Shown here piece after piece: positions 19,225 through 28,798 of a stretch of DNA of 64,000 nt. Source of the stretch: Spirochaetes bacterium RBG_16_49_21 (lineage in GTDB: Bacteria; Spirochaetota; UBA4802; UBA5550); assembly GCA_001829495.1 (NCBI GenBank), contig MIBJ01000001.1:2414-66413 (forward strand), written 5' to 3'. Each line of letters begins with the position of its first letter. Position 1 is the first letter of the stretch. The position numbers and the translations under genes were made by a program. The notes beneath the pieces are model-generated. The model was given only the letters and a program-made list of their open reading frames with translations, did no database searches and was not told where the DNA came from.

Positions 19225-19842
19225 TCACTCTCGTGTGACCCGGCGATTATAACCCGCTTGAGCGTGGTCTCCCGATTTTACCGCCTGCACGCCAAACTCA
19301 TACGCCCGTTTCAGATCACCGGGATTATTCAGAACATCCCCTCTCCCTTCGGCCTTGAAAAATATCCCTCCCTCGTAGGACTTGTCCAGGGAATCAAAAA
19401 AATATTTCGCCGTCAGCTCTCCTCCGGTGAAAAGATTCACCCCCTTTGTGGCTCCCACCATGACGAGGTATCCCCTACCCCCCTCGTGGCGCTTGCGCTC
19501 TTCGGCCGACTTCATGATCATTCTCCGCGACCAGAGCGCCTGGCACCGGTCGATGAACGCCTTCAACTGGGAGCTCATGCCGTAAAAAAAGACGGGCGAC
19601 GAAAGAAAAATGATGTGCGAATCTATGAGCTTTGGGTAGACCGATTGCATGTCGTCCGGCGTTACGCATCGGCCCGTGTCCCTGCAGCCGCCGCATTCAA
19701 CGCATCCCTTAAAATTCAAATCACGCACGTATATCCGCGACGCTACTGCTCCCGCGGAAGCGGCGCCGTCAAGCACCCGGTCCAGGATAGTATCGCTGTT
19801 ACCTCCCTTCCGCGGGCTGCCGTATATTCCCAATACATTCAT
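19225..19842 (-). CDS. Iron-sulfur flavoprotein / NADPH-dependent FMN reductase family
   Basis: Flavodoxin-like N-terminus LGIYGSPRKGGNS plus a Cys cluster CVECGGCRDTGRC. The start was chosen at an internal Met because the annotated 5' extension runs into a repeat. Confidence 0.7.
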   Translation of the reverse strand: MNVLGIYGSPRKGGNSDTILDRVLDGAASAGAVASRIYVRDLNFKGCVECGGCRDTGRCVTPDDMQSVYPKLIDSHIIFLSSPVFFYGMSSQLKAFIDRCQALWSRRMIMKSAEERKRHEGGRGYLVMVGATKGVNLFTGGELTAKYFFDSLDKSYEGGIFFKAEGRGDVLNNPGDLKRAYEFGVQAVKSGDHAQAGYNRRVTRE

Positions 19843-19860
19843 GGCGTAACCGCCCATTAA

Positions 19861-19994
19861 TTTGTCATTGCGAGGAGCGCAGCGACGAAGCAATCTTGTT
19901 ATTGTTACGCTAAGTATCCCTTAAAAAGCGATATTTTTTCAAGGCTTTTATATTGTCTATGCCCAGATCGCTTCACTTCGTTCGCGATGACAGG
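19861..19994. repeat. Same palindromic element family (copy 3)
   Basis: Arms tttgtcattgcgaggagcgcagcgacgaagcaatct and agatcgcttcacttcgttcgcgatgacagg. Confidence 0.65.
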
Positions 19995-20181
19995 TAAAAA
20001 ACATGATAAATAGCATTTTTGAGATGGCTTCTAATAAATCTACAATATAATACAAACATCGATTTTGTTTCCTATTTCTAATCCGCGTTCATCGGCGTCT
20101 ATCGGCGGTTCCATTATTATATTTGACTATACCTGAATAGTTACTAAAAATCAAGAATATTTAACGGGACGATTTTTTTAC

Positions 20182-20230
20182 TTGACAGACCCGTTAGTAT
20201 TAGGTATTTTAGTACTTAAATACCTAAATT
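20182..20230 (+). promoter_or_regulatory. Putative promoter (-35 TTGACA) with an overlapping near-perfect 28 bp palindrome, a candidate Rrf2 autoregulatory operator
   Basis: TTGACA at 20182-20187. Palindrome ttaggtattt-tagtactt-aaatacctaa at 20200-20227, ~15 bp upstream of the rrf2 start. Confidence 0.45.
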
Positions 20231-20242
20231 TGGACTCATCAT

Positions 20243-20668
20243 TTGCCACAGGGACTATCCATATCAGATGCCGTATCACTGGCCATGCACTCAATGGCCG
20301 TTATTGCGGCGCGGGAAGGAATCTCCAGCGTACGGGCAATATCCGGATGTCTCGGGGTTTCGGAATTTCATCTTGCCAAGGTGCTCCAGCGGCTGGCGAA
20401 GAACGGCCTGGTTAAATCAAGCAGAGGCCCGCAGGGCGGCTTCACCCTCGGCAGGAGGAGCGACACGATTACCCTTCTTGACGTCTATGAAGCGGTTGAG
20501 GGGCCGCTGAAAGATTCCGCCTGTCTGATGCAGAGAAAAACCTGCAAAAAGGAGACCTGCATTTTAGGCGACTCCATGAAAGCCATGAGGAGCATTTTTA
20601 AGAAGCACCTCACCGGCACCAGCATTTCCGATATCGCCGATATTTACCAGCAGGAGGTCGGCAGTTGA
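20243..20668 (+). CDS. Rrf2-family transcriptional regulator
   Basis: Rrf2 wHTH region (LSISDAVSLAMH...GISSVRAISGCLGVSEFHLAKVLQRLAKNGLV...GGFTL). Probable TTG start. Confidence 0.7.
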   Translation: MPQGLSISDAVSLAMHSMAVIAAREGISSVRAISGCLGVSEFHLAKVLQRLAKNGLVKSSRGPQGGFTLGRRSDTITLLDVYEAVEGPLKDSACLMQRKTCKKETCILGDSMKAMRSIFKKHLTGTSISDIADIYQQEVGS

Positions 20669-21288
20669 ACAGAACACGCTGCCCGGGACAGGACACGCGT
20701 TACTGGCGGCCTGGTGACATTTTCACGGTACAATGCGCATCATGCGGAAGCGCGGTGGAGTTCTTTAAGGACGAAGCGAGCCGCCGCTGCCCCGGGTGCG
20801 GTACCCGGCTGCAAAATCCGCGGCTGTCCATGGGATGCGCCCAGTGGTGCGAGCACGCCAGGGAATGCCTCGGGTTTGACCCGAAACAAGCGGGCGCGGG
20901 AGACGCAGCCGGCGACCGCTCCGTGGCGGATAAGATCATTGCCTCAATCAGGAAGGAATTCGGCGCCCACAGCCCTGTTGCAGAGGCAACCGATCGGGCA
21001 TACGCAAAGGCGGTTCAGCTTCTTAAAAGTGAACGTGCTGACCCGGGCGTGGTCCTCCCCGCAGTGCTCCTTCTGTTGGCCGACTCTCCTGCACCGGCAC
21101 AGCCCCCGGCCCGCCAATCCTCCGGAGCCAGACAATCGCTCCCTCTGGCGAAAAAAATCATGGAGGATGCGGGAGTAGAATTGAGCGACGCGGACGATAT
21201 ATGCTCGATAATAAGCACCTACCACTCCGGGGGGTTCATCGATTCGCCGGAGTTTCGCGTGGTTAAAAATTCATTCAACGGGCGGTGA
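20665..21288 (+). CDS. Hypothetical protein with an N-terminal Cys-rich (8 Cys) zinc-ribbon-like region
   Basis: Overlaps the rrf2 stop (TTGA) and is preceded by an aggagg SD. The pattern is CPG..C.SCGS..CPGCG..C..WC....C. Confidence 0.55.
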   Translation: MNRTRCPGQDTRYWRPGDIFTVQCASCGSAVEFFKDEASRRCPGCGTRLQNPRLSMGCAQWCEHARECLGFDPKQAGAGDAAGDRSVADKIIASIRKEFGAHSPVAEATDRAYAKAVQLLKSERADPGVVLPAVLLLLADSPAPAQPPARQSSGARQSLPLAKKIMEDAGVELSDADDICSIISTYHSGGFIDSPEFRVVKNSFNGR

Positions 21289-21311
21289 GGCCGGTAACGA
21301 TCGACCGATAC

Positions 21312-22349
21312 CTAACCGATCATCCGGTCTACCTCCACGTACTCCGAGACAAGGCGGCCGAGGAACTTTACGTTTTCCCGGTTGTCCGGCATGAGAAGGC
21401 TGTGGAAATTATCCATCTGCCGGGCGACCTCGTAGGTGTCATAGGAAACCAGAAGGAGAGGAATCCGCTTCTCCGCTGCCCTGCTTACTATGTTCGGCGG
21501 CGGCAGAAGGTTGTTGGTCAGGATGACGCCCGCCGTGTCGCTCTCAAGCGCGGCGACGATCATGTCGCTCCGGTCTCCGCTCGTGATGAGAAGCTTGTGC
21601 TCCTTGTTGAAGAGCGGATTCCTCAGGGATTCCTCGGTGGACATGGCGCCCACGAATATATGCTTAACGATATTATTGAGCCCCTCTTCTCCGGCAATGA
21701 CCTTGGCGACGAACCGGTCGGCGAGGAAGCTCATGGTGAAATGGGTGAGCTGCGCCTTATAGGGAATGATGCCTAAAACCGCGATGCCCGTATCCGTGAC
21801 GGACTTGAGGTAGCTGTTTTTAAAGTCGTCGATATCATGGATTTTATTGATGATGACGCCGCCGAAGTCGATGTCGGAAAAATCAACATAGGATCTCAGA
21901 AACTCTACATCGTCCATAACCTGGTCGACATCCCCGCCGATAACAAGCACGAGCCGGGCGTCCAGATATCTGACCAGCGAGATAGAGTCAAGGTGCACGG
22001 AGGCGCCGAAGGCGAGGTCCCTCCCCCCTTCTATGATGAGCGCGTCGCAGCCTTTGCCCTGTGATTCCGCCATGTCGGCGAGCGCCTTCCTGACGCTCCG
22101 GTCGTCATACTTGAAGCGGAGCTTCGAGTGGCTGAAACCCAATGAGATGCTGTCCGGCTCTTCATCATGCCCCAGGATCTTCAGCAGCACCGTAGCGTCA
22201 TGATCGACGTTCTTCTTTCGCTTATAGATCAGCCGGTCTCCCAGCGGCTTGATGTATCCGTATTTCTTCTGCGCCGCCGCGATCATTCCGGCAATGATGC
22301 TCGTTTTGCCCGCGGCCTCGTGCATGGATGCTATCAATATCCTTTTCAT
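21312..22349 (-). CDS. Pta N-terminal-domain-like protein (P-loop CobQ/BioD-like plus DRTGG domains), stand-alone
   Basis: P-loop SMHEAAGKTS and the DRTGG-region motif ITSGDRSDMIVAALESDTAGVILTNN. The ATG at 22349 has an aaggagg RBS. Confidence 0.7.
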   Translation of the reverse strand: MKRILIASMHEAAGKTSIIAGMIAAAQKKYGYIKPLGDRLIYKRKKNVDHDATVLLKILGHDEEPDSISLGFSHSKLRFKYDDRSVRKALADMAESQGKGCDALIIEGGRDLAFGASVHLDSISLVRYLDARLVLVIGGDVDQVMDDVEFLRSYVDFSDIDFGGVIINKIHDIDDFKNSYLKSVTDTGIAVLGIIPYKAQLTHFTMSFLADRFVAKVIAGEEGLNNIVKHIFVGAMSTEESLRNPLFNKEHKLLITSGDRSDMIVAALESDTAGVILTNNLLPPPNIVSRAAEKRIPLLLVSYDTYEVARQMDNFHSLLMPDNRENVKFLGRLVSEYVEVDRMIG

Positions 22350-22380
22350 GAACTGCCTCCTTAAGCCAGATATTTTTTCA

Positions 22381-24492
22381 TCATCCGATAAGGATGCGGC
22401 TGTCAAGGGCTTTCACCCCCCGGCTCTGCTCATATACGACGACCGGGTTGATCTCGAGGTCGGTGATCCGCGGGCACTTACGGATGACCGCGCCCGCTTT
22501 AATCATCACCTCCACGAGCCCCTCGATGTCCTTGCGGACCTCGCCCCGTACGCCCATGAGGAGCGGGAACGACTTGAGCTCCTTGAGCATCTTCACGGCT
22601 TCGATGCGGTTAAAAGGGAAACCCCGGAAGGCTATATCCTTCATCACCTCCACGTAGATGCCGCCGAATCCGCACATGACGATCGGGCCGAACGACGCAT
22701 CGCGCCGCGCGCCCACGATGATCTCGACCCCCTGGGAAACCATCTCGCAGACCTCGATTCCGTCGATGTGCGCGTCCGGCTTGAATCTGCGAGAATTCTG
22801 GATAATGGCCTCATACGCGTCCACGGCCTCTTCCCGGTTCTCAATATTGAGCGCAACTCCGCCTGCGTCGCTCTTATGCAGGATGTCCCGGGACACCACC
22901 TTCATGACCAGGGGATAGCCGATATCCTCGGCGTGGCGCACCGCCTGATCAATGGTGACGGCAATCCTGCTTTGCGGAATGCTGATATTCACCGCCTTCA
23001 TGACTGCGGAGCCCTCGTTCGCGAGCAGGAAATTCCTCCCCGCGGCAAGCGCCTGGCCGATTATCCGGTCGATGGCGCCGACATCGATGTCCGCATCGTC
23101 GATCATGTCCGATTTCTCCCGCAGATACCGCTCATACCGGTGCAGCACGCCCAGGCACGACACGGACGCGTGCACATCGCCGTACACGGGAACATTCCGG
23201 CTCCTGAGCCGGTTAATCGCCTCCGCAACGGCCTCACCCCCCACGGCCGCGTAGCAGACGGGCTTGCCGGCATTCATATGGTCCCGGTACGAGCCCTCGA
23301 TCATGGGGGCAAGGCTCGCGGAATCGAAGGTCGCGGTCTCGCAATAGAGCGCGATGGTGGCGCCGATGTTCTTGTTGGTCAAGGGCACCGAAAGCGCCAG
23401 GTCGTAATCCCCGGCGTTGGCCCCGCCGGTCAGGTCCACCGGGTTTTTCGTTGATCCGAATGACGGAACAACCGGATCAAAGGCATTCTTTAATTCGGCC
23501 TGATCGTCATAGAGCTCGATCCCGAATCTCTCGCACGCGTCGGTCGCGAGCACCCCGACTCCACCCCCGTTGGTGATTATAACGCTTTTGCCTCCGCCCG
23601 GCTTCGGGCTGAAGGCGAGGAAGGCGCACCAGTTAAACGCCTCTTCGATGCTTTCGGAGCGGATCACCCCGCACTGCCTCATGACGGCGTCGAAGATCTC
23701 GTCCGTACCGGCGAGCGACCCGGTGTGCGAAGCGGCAGCCAGGGCGCCCCGCTTCGACCGGCCGGATTTGATGACCACAACCGGTTTTTTCTCGGTTACG
23801 CGCTTCAGCGCGGCGATGAGCCGCTCTCCGTCCTTAACGCCTTCAATGTACATTAAAATGACTCTGGTGCCGTCATGCCTGATCAGGTAATCCAGGAGAT
23901 CGGATTCGTCGATATCGCACTTGTTGCCGATGGAAACGATGGCGGAAAGGCCGATATTCTCCACCGCAGTTTTGCCGATAAGGGCGATCCCGAGCGCCCC
24001 GCTCTGCGTGAGGATGGCTACGCGGCCCGGTTTTATATCGGTGGCGGAGAAGGTGGAATTGAGCGACGCCTCGGATGAGTAGAGTCCGAAGATGTTCGGG
24101 CCCAGAACCCTCATGCCGTAATCGCGGGCGACCGCGACGATATTCTTCTCCTCTTCGGTGTTGCCGATCTCGGAAAAGCCGGAGGTAATGATCTGCACGA
24201 ACTTCACGCCCTTGCGGCCGCACTGCATAACCGCGTCCAGGACGAATTTGGCGGGGATCACGATTGAAGCAACGTCGATATCGCCGTTGATATCCTCTAT
24301 TTTCCCGTATACCTGACGTCCTAAAATCTCGCCGCCATGCGGGTTTACCGGAAAGACCCTGCCCGGGTATCCCCCCCGTATGATATTATAGAGAACCTTA
24401 TATCCGATCTTGTCGGTTTCATGCGAAGCTCCGATAACGGCGACGCTTTTGGGCGCAAACAGATCCCGTATTTCATTGTCATTTTTTGTCAT
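22381..24492 (-). CDS. Acetate--CoA ligase (ADP-forming), fused alpha/beta subunits (acetyl-CoA synthetase, NDP-forming)
   Basis: 703 aa. CoA-binding N-terminus (VAVIGAS...), succinyl-CoA-synthetase-like ligase-CoA domain and a C-terminal ATP-grasp domain. Confidence 0.85.
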   Translation of the reverse strand: MTKNDNEIRDLFAPKSVAVIGASHETDKIGYKVLYNIIRGGYPGRVFPVNPHGGEILGRQVYGKIEDINGDIDVASIVIPAKFVLDAVMQCGRKGVKFVQIITSGFSEIGNTEEEKNIVAVARDYGMRVLGPNIFGLYSSEASLNSTFSATDIKPGRVAILTQSGALGIALIGKTAVENIGLSAIVSIGNKCDIDESDLLDYLIRHDGTRVILMYIEGVKDGERLIAALKRVTEKKPVVVIKSGRSKRGALAAASHTGSLAGTDEIFDAVMRQCGVIRSESIEEAFNWCAFLAFSPKPGGGKSVIITNGGGVGVLATDACERFGIELYDDQAELKNAFDPVVPSFGSTKNPVDLTGGANAGDYDLALSVPLTNKNIGATIALYCETATFDSASLAPMIEGSYRDHMNAGKPVCYAAVGGEAVAEAINRLRSRNVPVYGDVHASVSCLGVLHRYERYLREKSDMIDDADIDVGAIDRIIGQALAAGRNFLLANEGSAVMKAVNISIPQSRIAVTIDQAVRHAEDIGYPLVMKVVSRDILHKSDAGGVALNIENREEAVDAYEAIIQNSRRFKPDAHIDGIEVCEMVSQGVEIIVGARRDASFGPIVMCGFGGIYVEVMKDIAFRGFPFNRIEAVKMLKELKSFPLLMGVRGEVRKDIEGLVEVMIKAGAVIRKCPRITDLEINPVVVYEQSRGVKALDSRILIG

Positions 24493-24554
24493 CGCTTTAA
24501 TCGCATATCAGGACGAGCTTCTTCTTTGGCATTCGCATACCTCCTTAGATCACT

Positions 24555-25628
24555 TTAACACCGGGGAATGCTGAAGTAAAAGGTCGCGTGTTTCCCGACT
24601 TCGGATTCCACCCACATCCTGCCCTGATGCTTCTCGATTATCTTTTTGCATATATACAGGCCCAGACCCGATCCTTTCACCCCCTCCGTGCCTTTCTGCC
24701 TCAGGCGGCTGAATTTTTTAAAGAGCCGCTCTTCAATATCGGCCTTGGATATTCCTACGCCCTGGTTATGTATCGAGACAATGTAATTTCCGGCGTTCTC
24801 CTCGCAGGCTACGGTTATCGGGGTTTCGGGAGCGCCGTACTTGATGGCGTTGTTGAGGAGGTTGTTGACCACGATCTTCAGGAGATTCGGATCCCCGATT
24901 ATAAAGGGCTTGGCCGGTATCTCCGCTGCGACAATGGGCATCTTTTTCAGATTTTCCCGGTATTCGGGTATATCCAGAGCCGGCTGGATGACATCGCCTG
25001 CCAGATCGATCCTCTGGGTAAAGGCCTCAAGGTTGTCGAGGTCCATCTTGGAGAGATCGATATAATTGCGGATGATATCCTCCAGATACTGGCAGTTGCG
25101 CAGAATCTTTTCAACGGTCTTCTGCTGCTCATTGTCGAGGTTTCCCAGGTAGCCCCGGTACAGGGTCTCGGCCGTGGTATGGACCGCCGAGACCGGGCTT
25201 TTCATCTCATGGGAGACGATCGCCATAAGGTCGAGCATGGCCGCATCGGAATGCTCCTCCCGCGACTTTACCGCGTTCTCAACCACGCTCTTAAGCTCCT
25301 CCTTGGTGAAGGGCTTGGGGATATAATCAAAGGCGCCCATCTTGAGCGCTTCGCGCGTATTCTCCACCGTGGCGAAGCCGGTGAAAATAATGACGGTCAC
25401 CTCGGGCTTGGTTTTTCGCAGGGTCGACAGAACCTCCATGCCGCTGAGGCCCGGCATTTTAATATCGGTTATAACGATATCGTATTCCTTTTCCCCGGCG
25501 CGTTTCAAGCCTTCGTCCCCTGAATACGCAGTGTCTATTTGATAATTTTCTTGGCCCAGTATGCGCAGACAACTCTTCAATATGATGTCTTCATCGTCAA
25601 TTATCAGTATTTTTATTTTTTTATTCAT
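24555..25628 (-). CDS. Hybrid response-regulator receiver / histidine kinase
   Basis: N-terminal receiver (ILIIDDE...DIKMPG), H-box SHEMKSPV, and HATPase N/G boxes (NNAIKYG, GSGLGL). Confidence 0.8.
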   Translation of the reverse strand: MNKKIKILIIDDEDIILKSCLRILGQENYQIDTAYSGDEGLKRAGEKEYDIVITDIKMPGLSGMEVLSTLRKTKPEVTVIIFTGFATVENTREALKMGAFDYIPKPFTKEELKSVVENAVKSREEHSDAAMLDLMAIVSHEMKSPVSAVHTTAETLYRGYLGNLDNEQQKTVEKILRNCQYLEDIIRNYIDLSKMDLDNLEAFTQRIDLAGDVIQPALDIPEYRENLKKMPIVAAEIPAKPFIIGDPNLLKIVVNNLLNNAIKYGAPETPITVACEENAGNYIVSIHNQGVGISKADIEERLFKKFSRLRQKGTEGVKGSGLGLYICKKIIEKHQGRMWVESEVGKHATFYFSIPRC

Positions 25629-25685
25629 ATTTATAACTATTCAACTATTATTTCAGAGATTTCATTTTCATTCAAGATATAAACC

Positions 25686-27665
25686 TCAAAACCTTTGCGA
25701 CTTTGCGTCTTTGCGAGAATTTTCCAAATCTTGTTGCTTAGCCATCGAAACCTCTACCGGGAACTCAATAGTAAAGGTCGTTCCCCTGCCCACCGTGCTG
25801 TCGACTTTGATCGTGCCGTTATGCCGCTGTACAATGCCGTAGGTGACCGCAAGCCCGAGACCGGTGCCCTTGCCGGTCTCCTTGGTTGTAAAAAACGGAT
25901 CAAAGATCTTGGGCAGATTTTCTTCTTTAATTCCGATTCCGGTGTCGGAAACCCTGACAACTATCTTCCGGTCGCTCTCATCATATTCGGTAGACATGGT
26001 CAGCTCGCCCCCGTCATGCATGGCGTCGGCTGCGTTGACAGCGAGGTTGTTTATGACGGATTTTATCTGGTTGCTATCAATATTAATCTCCGGAAGATTT
26101 TCCGACAATTGTTTTTTGATCTTTATATTTTGAAAATTCACGTGCTTCTCCAGTATGGAAAGGAGATCGATTATGATCCTGTTGATGTCTCCGGGCAGCT
26201 TTTCTATCTTCGTCTCGCGCGCGAAATCGAGTATTCCTTTCACGATCTCCCTGCACCGCAGGGTCTCATCGATGATCACTTTTAAATCGCACCGGCACCG
26301 CTCATCCGTAAGCTCGTCATACAGGGCGGTGCTGTAGCTTAAAACCCCGGTGAGGGGGTTGTTGATCTCATGCGCTATGCCGGAGGCGAGCCTTCCCAGA
26401 GAGGCGAGCTTCTCCGACTGGACAATCTGCATCTCCGTCTGTTCTTTGAGCTTCTTGTCCCGCTCGTCGATCGCATCGATCATCCGGTTGAAGGTGACGC
26501 CTAAATACCCCAATTCATCATGGGAAACCGGAACGATTTTCTTACTATAGTTCCCCCGCACTATCTCCTGTGACGCGGCTACCAGCGACCGGATCGGGGT
26601 TATGATACTCCGTATCAGATACACGGAAAGGGCGACGGCGACGAGCGCGGTTATAAGGGTGACCAGCAGCGCGAAAATCGTGGCGTTCCGCTTGATGATG
26701 TTGTACTTGTCCTCGAGAATTCCCACATACAGGATGCCGATGACCTTATTGTTTATATCATGGATGGGGCTATATCCCGACAGGTACCAGTTGTTGACGA
26801 CAAAGGCCTTGTCCAGCCACACCTCCCCGTGCTCGATGACCTTCCGGTACACCTCTTCGGATACCTGCGTGCCCACGGCCCGCTTCCCCCGGCTGTTTTT
26901 CACGTTGGTCGCTATGCGTAAATCGTCCATGAATATCGTAACCGTGCCTATTTCATATCCGTTGACGCTGTCGTCTTTAAAAAGGAGCTTCTTGATGCGG
27001 TCCACCAGCTCAAAGTCGTTATTGAGCATCTTGGCGCCGTAGATCACGCCGATCAGCCTGCCGCCGCTTAAAACCGGGGCTGCCGCCGCCAGGCTCATGC
27101 CGTTGGTCTCGAACATCTTATCGATTTTGCGCGCCCGGGGCGTCGGTATGACCCTGATTCCGGCCCGGTCCGCGAGCTTCCGGTCCTCACGCAGGAGGAG
27201 CTCCCGGCTGGCAATATCCGTACCGGAGCATGATTTCCTGTTCTGAAGCACGTACCTGACGAACCGATCGCCGCTTATGTCGTCGCCGTAACCGGCCGAG
27301 CCGTTCGCCCGCGCTACGACCCTGCCGGCCGCGTCGGTTATGGTCATGATATCGATATCGAGCTCCTTCCTGACCTCATTGAGCTTTTCGCTCAAGAGGG
27401 GGCGGTTGTTCTGTAAGATGGCGGTTTGCAGATACCCGAGTGAGGCAAGGTGTTTCGTGAAAAGATATATTATATTGACGCGTTTAAAGTATATGTACCG
27501 GGCGGTATTGAGGTTGCTCCGCACGTCATCGTAAGCCTGTCCCACGACATTCTTGTTGATGACGTTCCGGCTGATTATGACCGAGTTGATCCCGCTGATT
27601 ACTACAACTGACAGCAGGCTGATGACAAGCTTGGTGCTGATGTTCGCCTTAACTATTTCCTTCAT
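25686..27665 (-). CDS. Sensor histidine kinase with a periplasmic sensor domain, HAMP, HisKA and HATPase
   Basis: Two TM segments flank a ~270 aa extracytoplasmic domain. HAMP is followed by H-box AHEINNPL, then N and G boxes. Confidence 0.8.
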   Translation of the reverse strand: MKEIVKANISTKLVISLLSVVVISGINSVIISRNVINKNVVGQAYDDVRSNLNTARYIYFKRVNIIYLFTKHLASLGYLQTAILQNNRPLLSEKLNEVRKELDIDIMTITDAAGRVVARANGSAGYGDDISGDRFVRYVLQNRKSCSGTDIASRELLLREDRKLADRAGIRVIPTPRARKIDKMFETNGMSLAAAAPVLSGGRLIGVIYGAKMLNNDFELVDRIKKLLFKDDSVNGYEIGTVTIFMDDLRIATNVKNSRGKRAVGTQVSEEVYRKVIEHGEVWLDKAFVVNNWYLSGYSPIHDINNKVIGILYVGILEDKYNIIKRNATIFALLVTLITALVAVALSVYLIRSIITPIRSLVAASQEIVRGNYSKKIVPVSHDELGYLGVTFNRMIDAIDERDKKLKEQTEMQIVQSEKLASLGRLASGIAHEINNPLTGVLSYSTALYDELTDERCRCDLKVIIDETLRCREIVKGILDFARETKIEKLPGDINRIIIDLLSILEKHVNFQNIKIKKQLSENLPEINIDSNQIKSVINNLAVNAADAMHDGGELTMSTEYDESDRKIVVRVSDTGIGIKEENLPKIFDPFFTTKETGKGTGLGLAVTYGIVQRHNGTIKVDSTVGRGTTFTIEFPVEVSMAKQQDLENSRKDAKSQRF

Positions 27666-27689
27666 CAGGTATCACCCGGATAGCCCGGA

Positions 27690-28091
27690 TCAGGTGTGTT
27701 TCGACACCTTCTCCAGCAGCGCGTCTAAATTAACCGGCTTCGTCAAAAAATCATTGACCCCCGGCAGAAAATTCTCGGAATCATCAAGGGAGAACCGGGA
27801 ATTTGTCACCTGATTGATTGCGGTGAGCATGATGATCGGCGTATTCTTGACCTCTTTGTATTTCGACATAGGCCTGCTGTTCCGTATCTGGTAGGCGAAT
27901 TCGAAGCCGGCCGTGTCCGTCTCCATCATGATATCCAGTATTATCAGGTCCGGTTTGACGGCGGATACCTTTTTCAACGCTTCCGCACCTGAATGAGCTT
28001 CTGTAACATCATATCCTTTTGAAGTCAATACTGTTTTAAGGTTTGAACAGGTATCCGTATCATCATCAACCAGCAGTATTTTTTTACCCAT
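27690..28091 (-). CDS. Single-domain response regulator receiver
   Basis: KILLVDDD...DIMME...K receiver motifs. Confidence 0.75.
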   Translation of the reverse strand: MGKKILLVDDDTDTCSNLKTVLTSKGYDVTEAHSGAEALKKVSAVKPDLIILDIMMETDTAGFEFAYQIRNSRPMSKYKEVKNTPIIMLTAINQVTNSRFSLDDSENFLPGVNDFLTKPVNLDALLEKVSKHT

Positions 28092-28127
28092 TGAATTGCT
28101 CCATTGTCAACTATAATTGCTCTTATG

Positions 28128-28266
28128 CCCTCACCCGCGCTGCCGCGCACCCTCTCCCATTTAGCTCGGAAAAAAGGAGAGGGTTTTCGTGATATTAGCC
28201 TTCTCTCCCTCCCCCTCTCCTTTTTTCATTATTTCTTAATGGGAGAGGGGGTCGGGGGGTGAGGGT
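28128..28266. repeat. GC-rich nested palindromic element, copy C
   Basis: Outer arms ccctcacccgcg ... ggggggtgaggg, inner ccctctccc...ggagaggg (two inner hairpins). Confidence 0.65.
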
Positions 28267-28796
28267 TAATCATTCAATACCTTATATATAACGTTCCTCT
28301 CCTCCCATGCCTTGTTCGCCAGATACATATCCACCGGGAACTCGACCTGTTTGAGCTCCACCGGCGCCGCTTTCTTATTCGCCAGGCCGAGAGCCACGGC
28401 CACGCCGTAGATGATAGCCTCGGGCCGCGGCGGGCATCCGGGCACGATGAAGTTCACGGGAACGGCCTTGTCGGCTCCGCCGGTCACATTATAGGTGTCG
28501 AACCAGCAGTTCCCGCCGATCGCGCATGAGCCGATCCCGAACACGAGCTTCGGCTCGGGGATGGCAGCGTACGCCTTTTTCACCAGCGGGAGCATCGGAC
28601 GCGTGACCGCACCGGATATGAGCATGACGTCCGCATGCCGCGGCGATGCGACGAGCTTCATGCCGAACCGCTCAACGTCGTAATAGGGCGTAAGCACGTT
28701 CAGTATCTCTATATCGCAGCCGTTGCAGGCGCCGGAGTTGCAATGGTATATCCAGAGCGACTTGGTAAAGGCTTTCTTGCAGATTTTGGACAGCAT
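28266..28796 (-). CDS. hycG: Group 4 [NiFe]-hydrogenase small subunit (NuoB/HycG-like)
   Basis: NuoB-family Cys motifs CNSGACNGCDIE, GSCA and GCPP. Confidence 0.8.
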   Translation of the reverse strand: MLSKICKKAFTKSLWIYHCNSGACNGCDIEILNVLTPYYDVERFGMKLVASPRHADVMLISGAVTRPMLPLVKKAYAAIPEPKLVFGIGSCAIGGNCWFDTYNVTGGADKAVPVNFIVPGCPPRPEAIIYGVAVALGLANKKAAPVELKQVEFPVDMYLANKAWEERNVIYKVLND

Positions 28797-28798
28797 AG

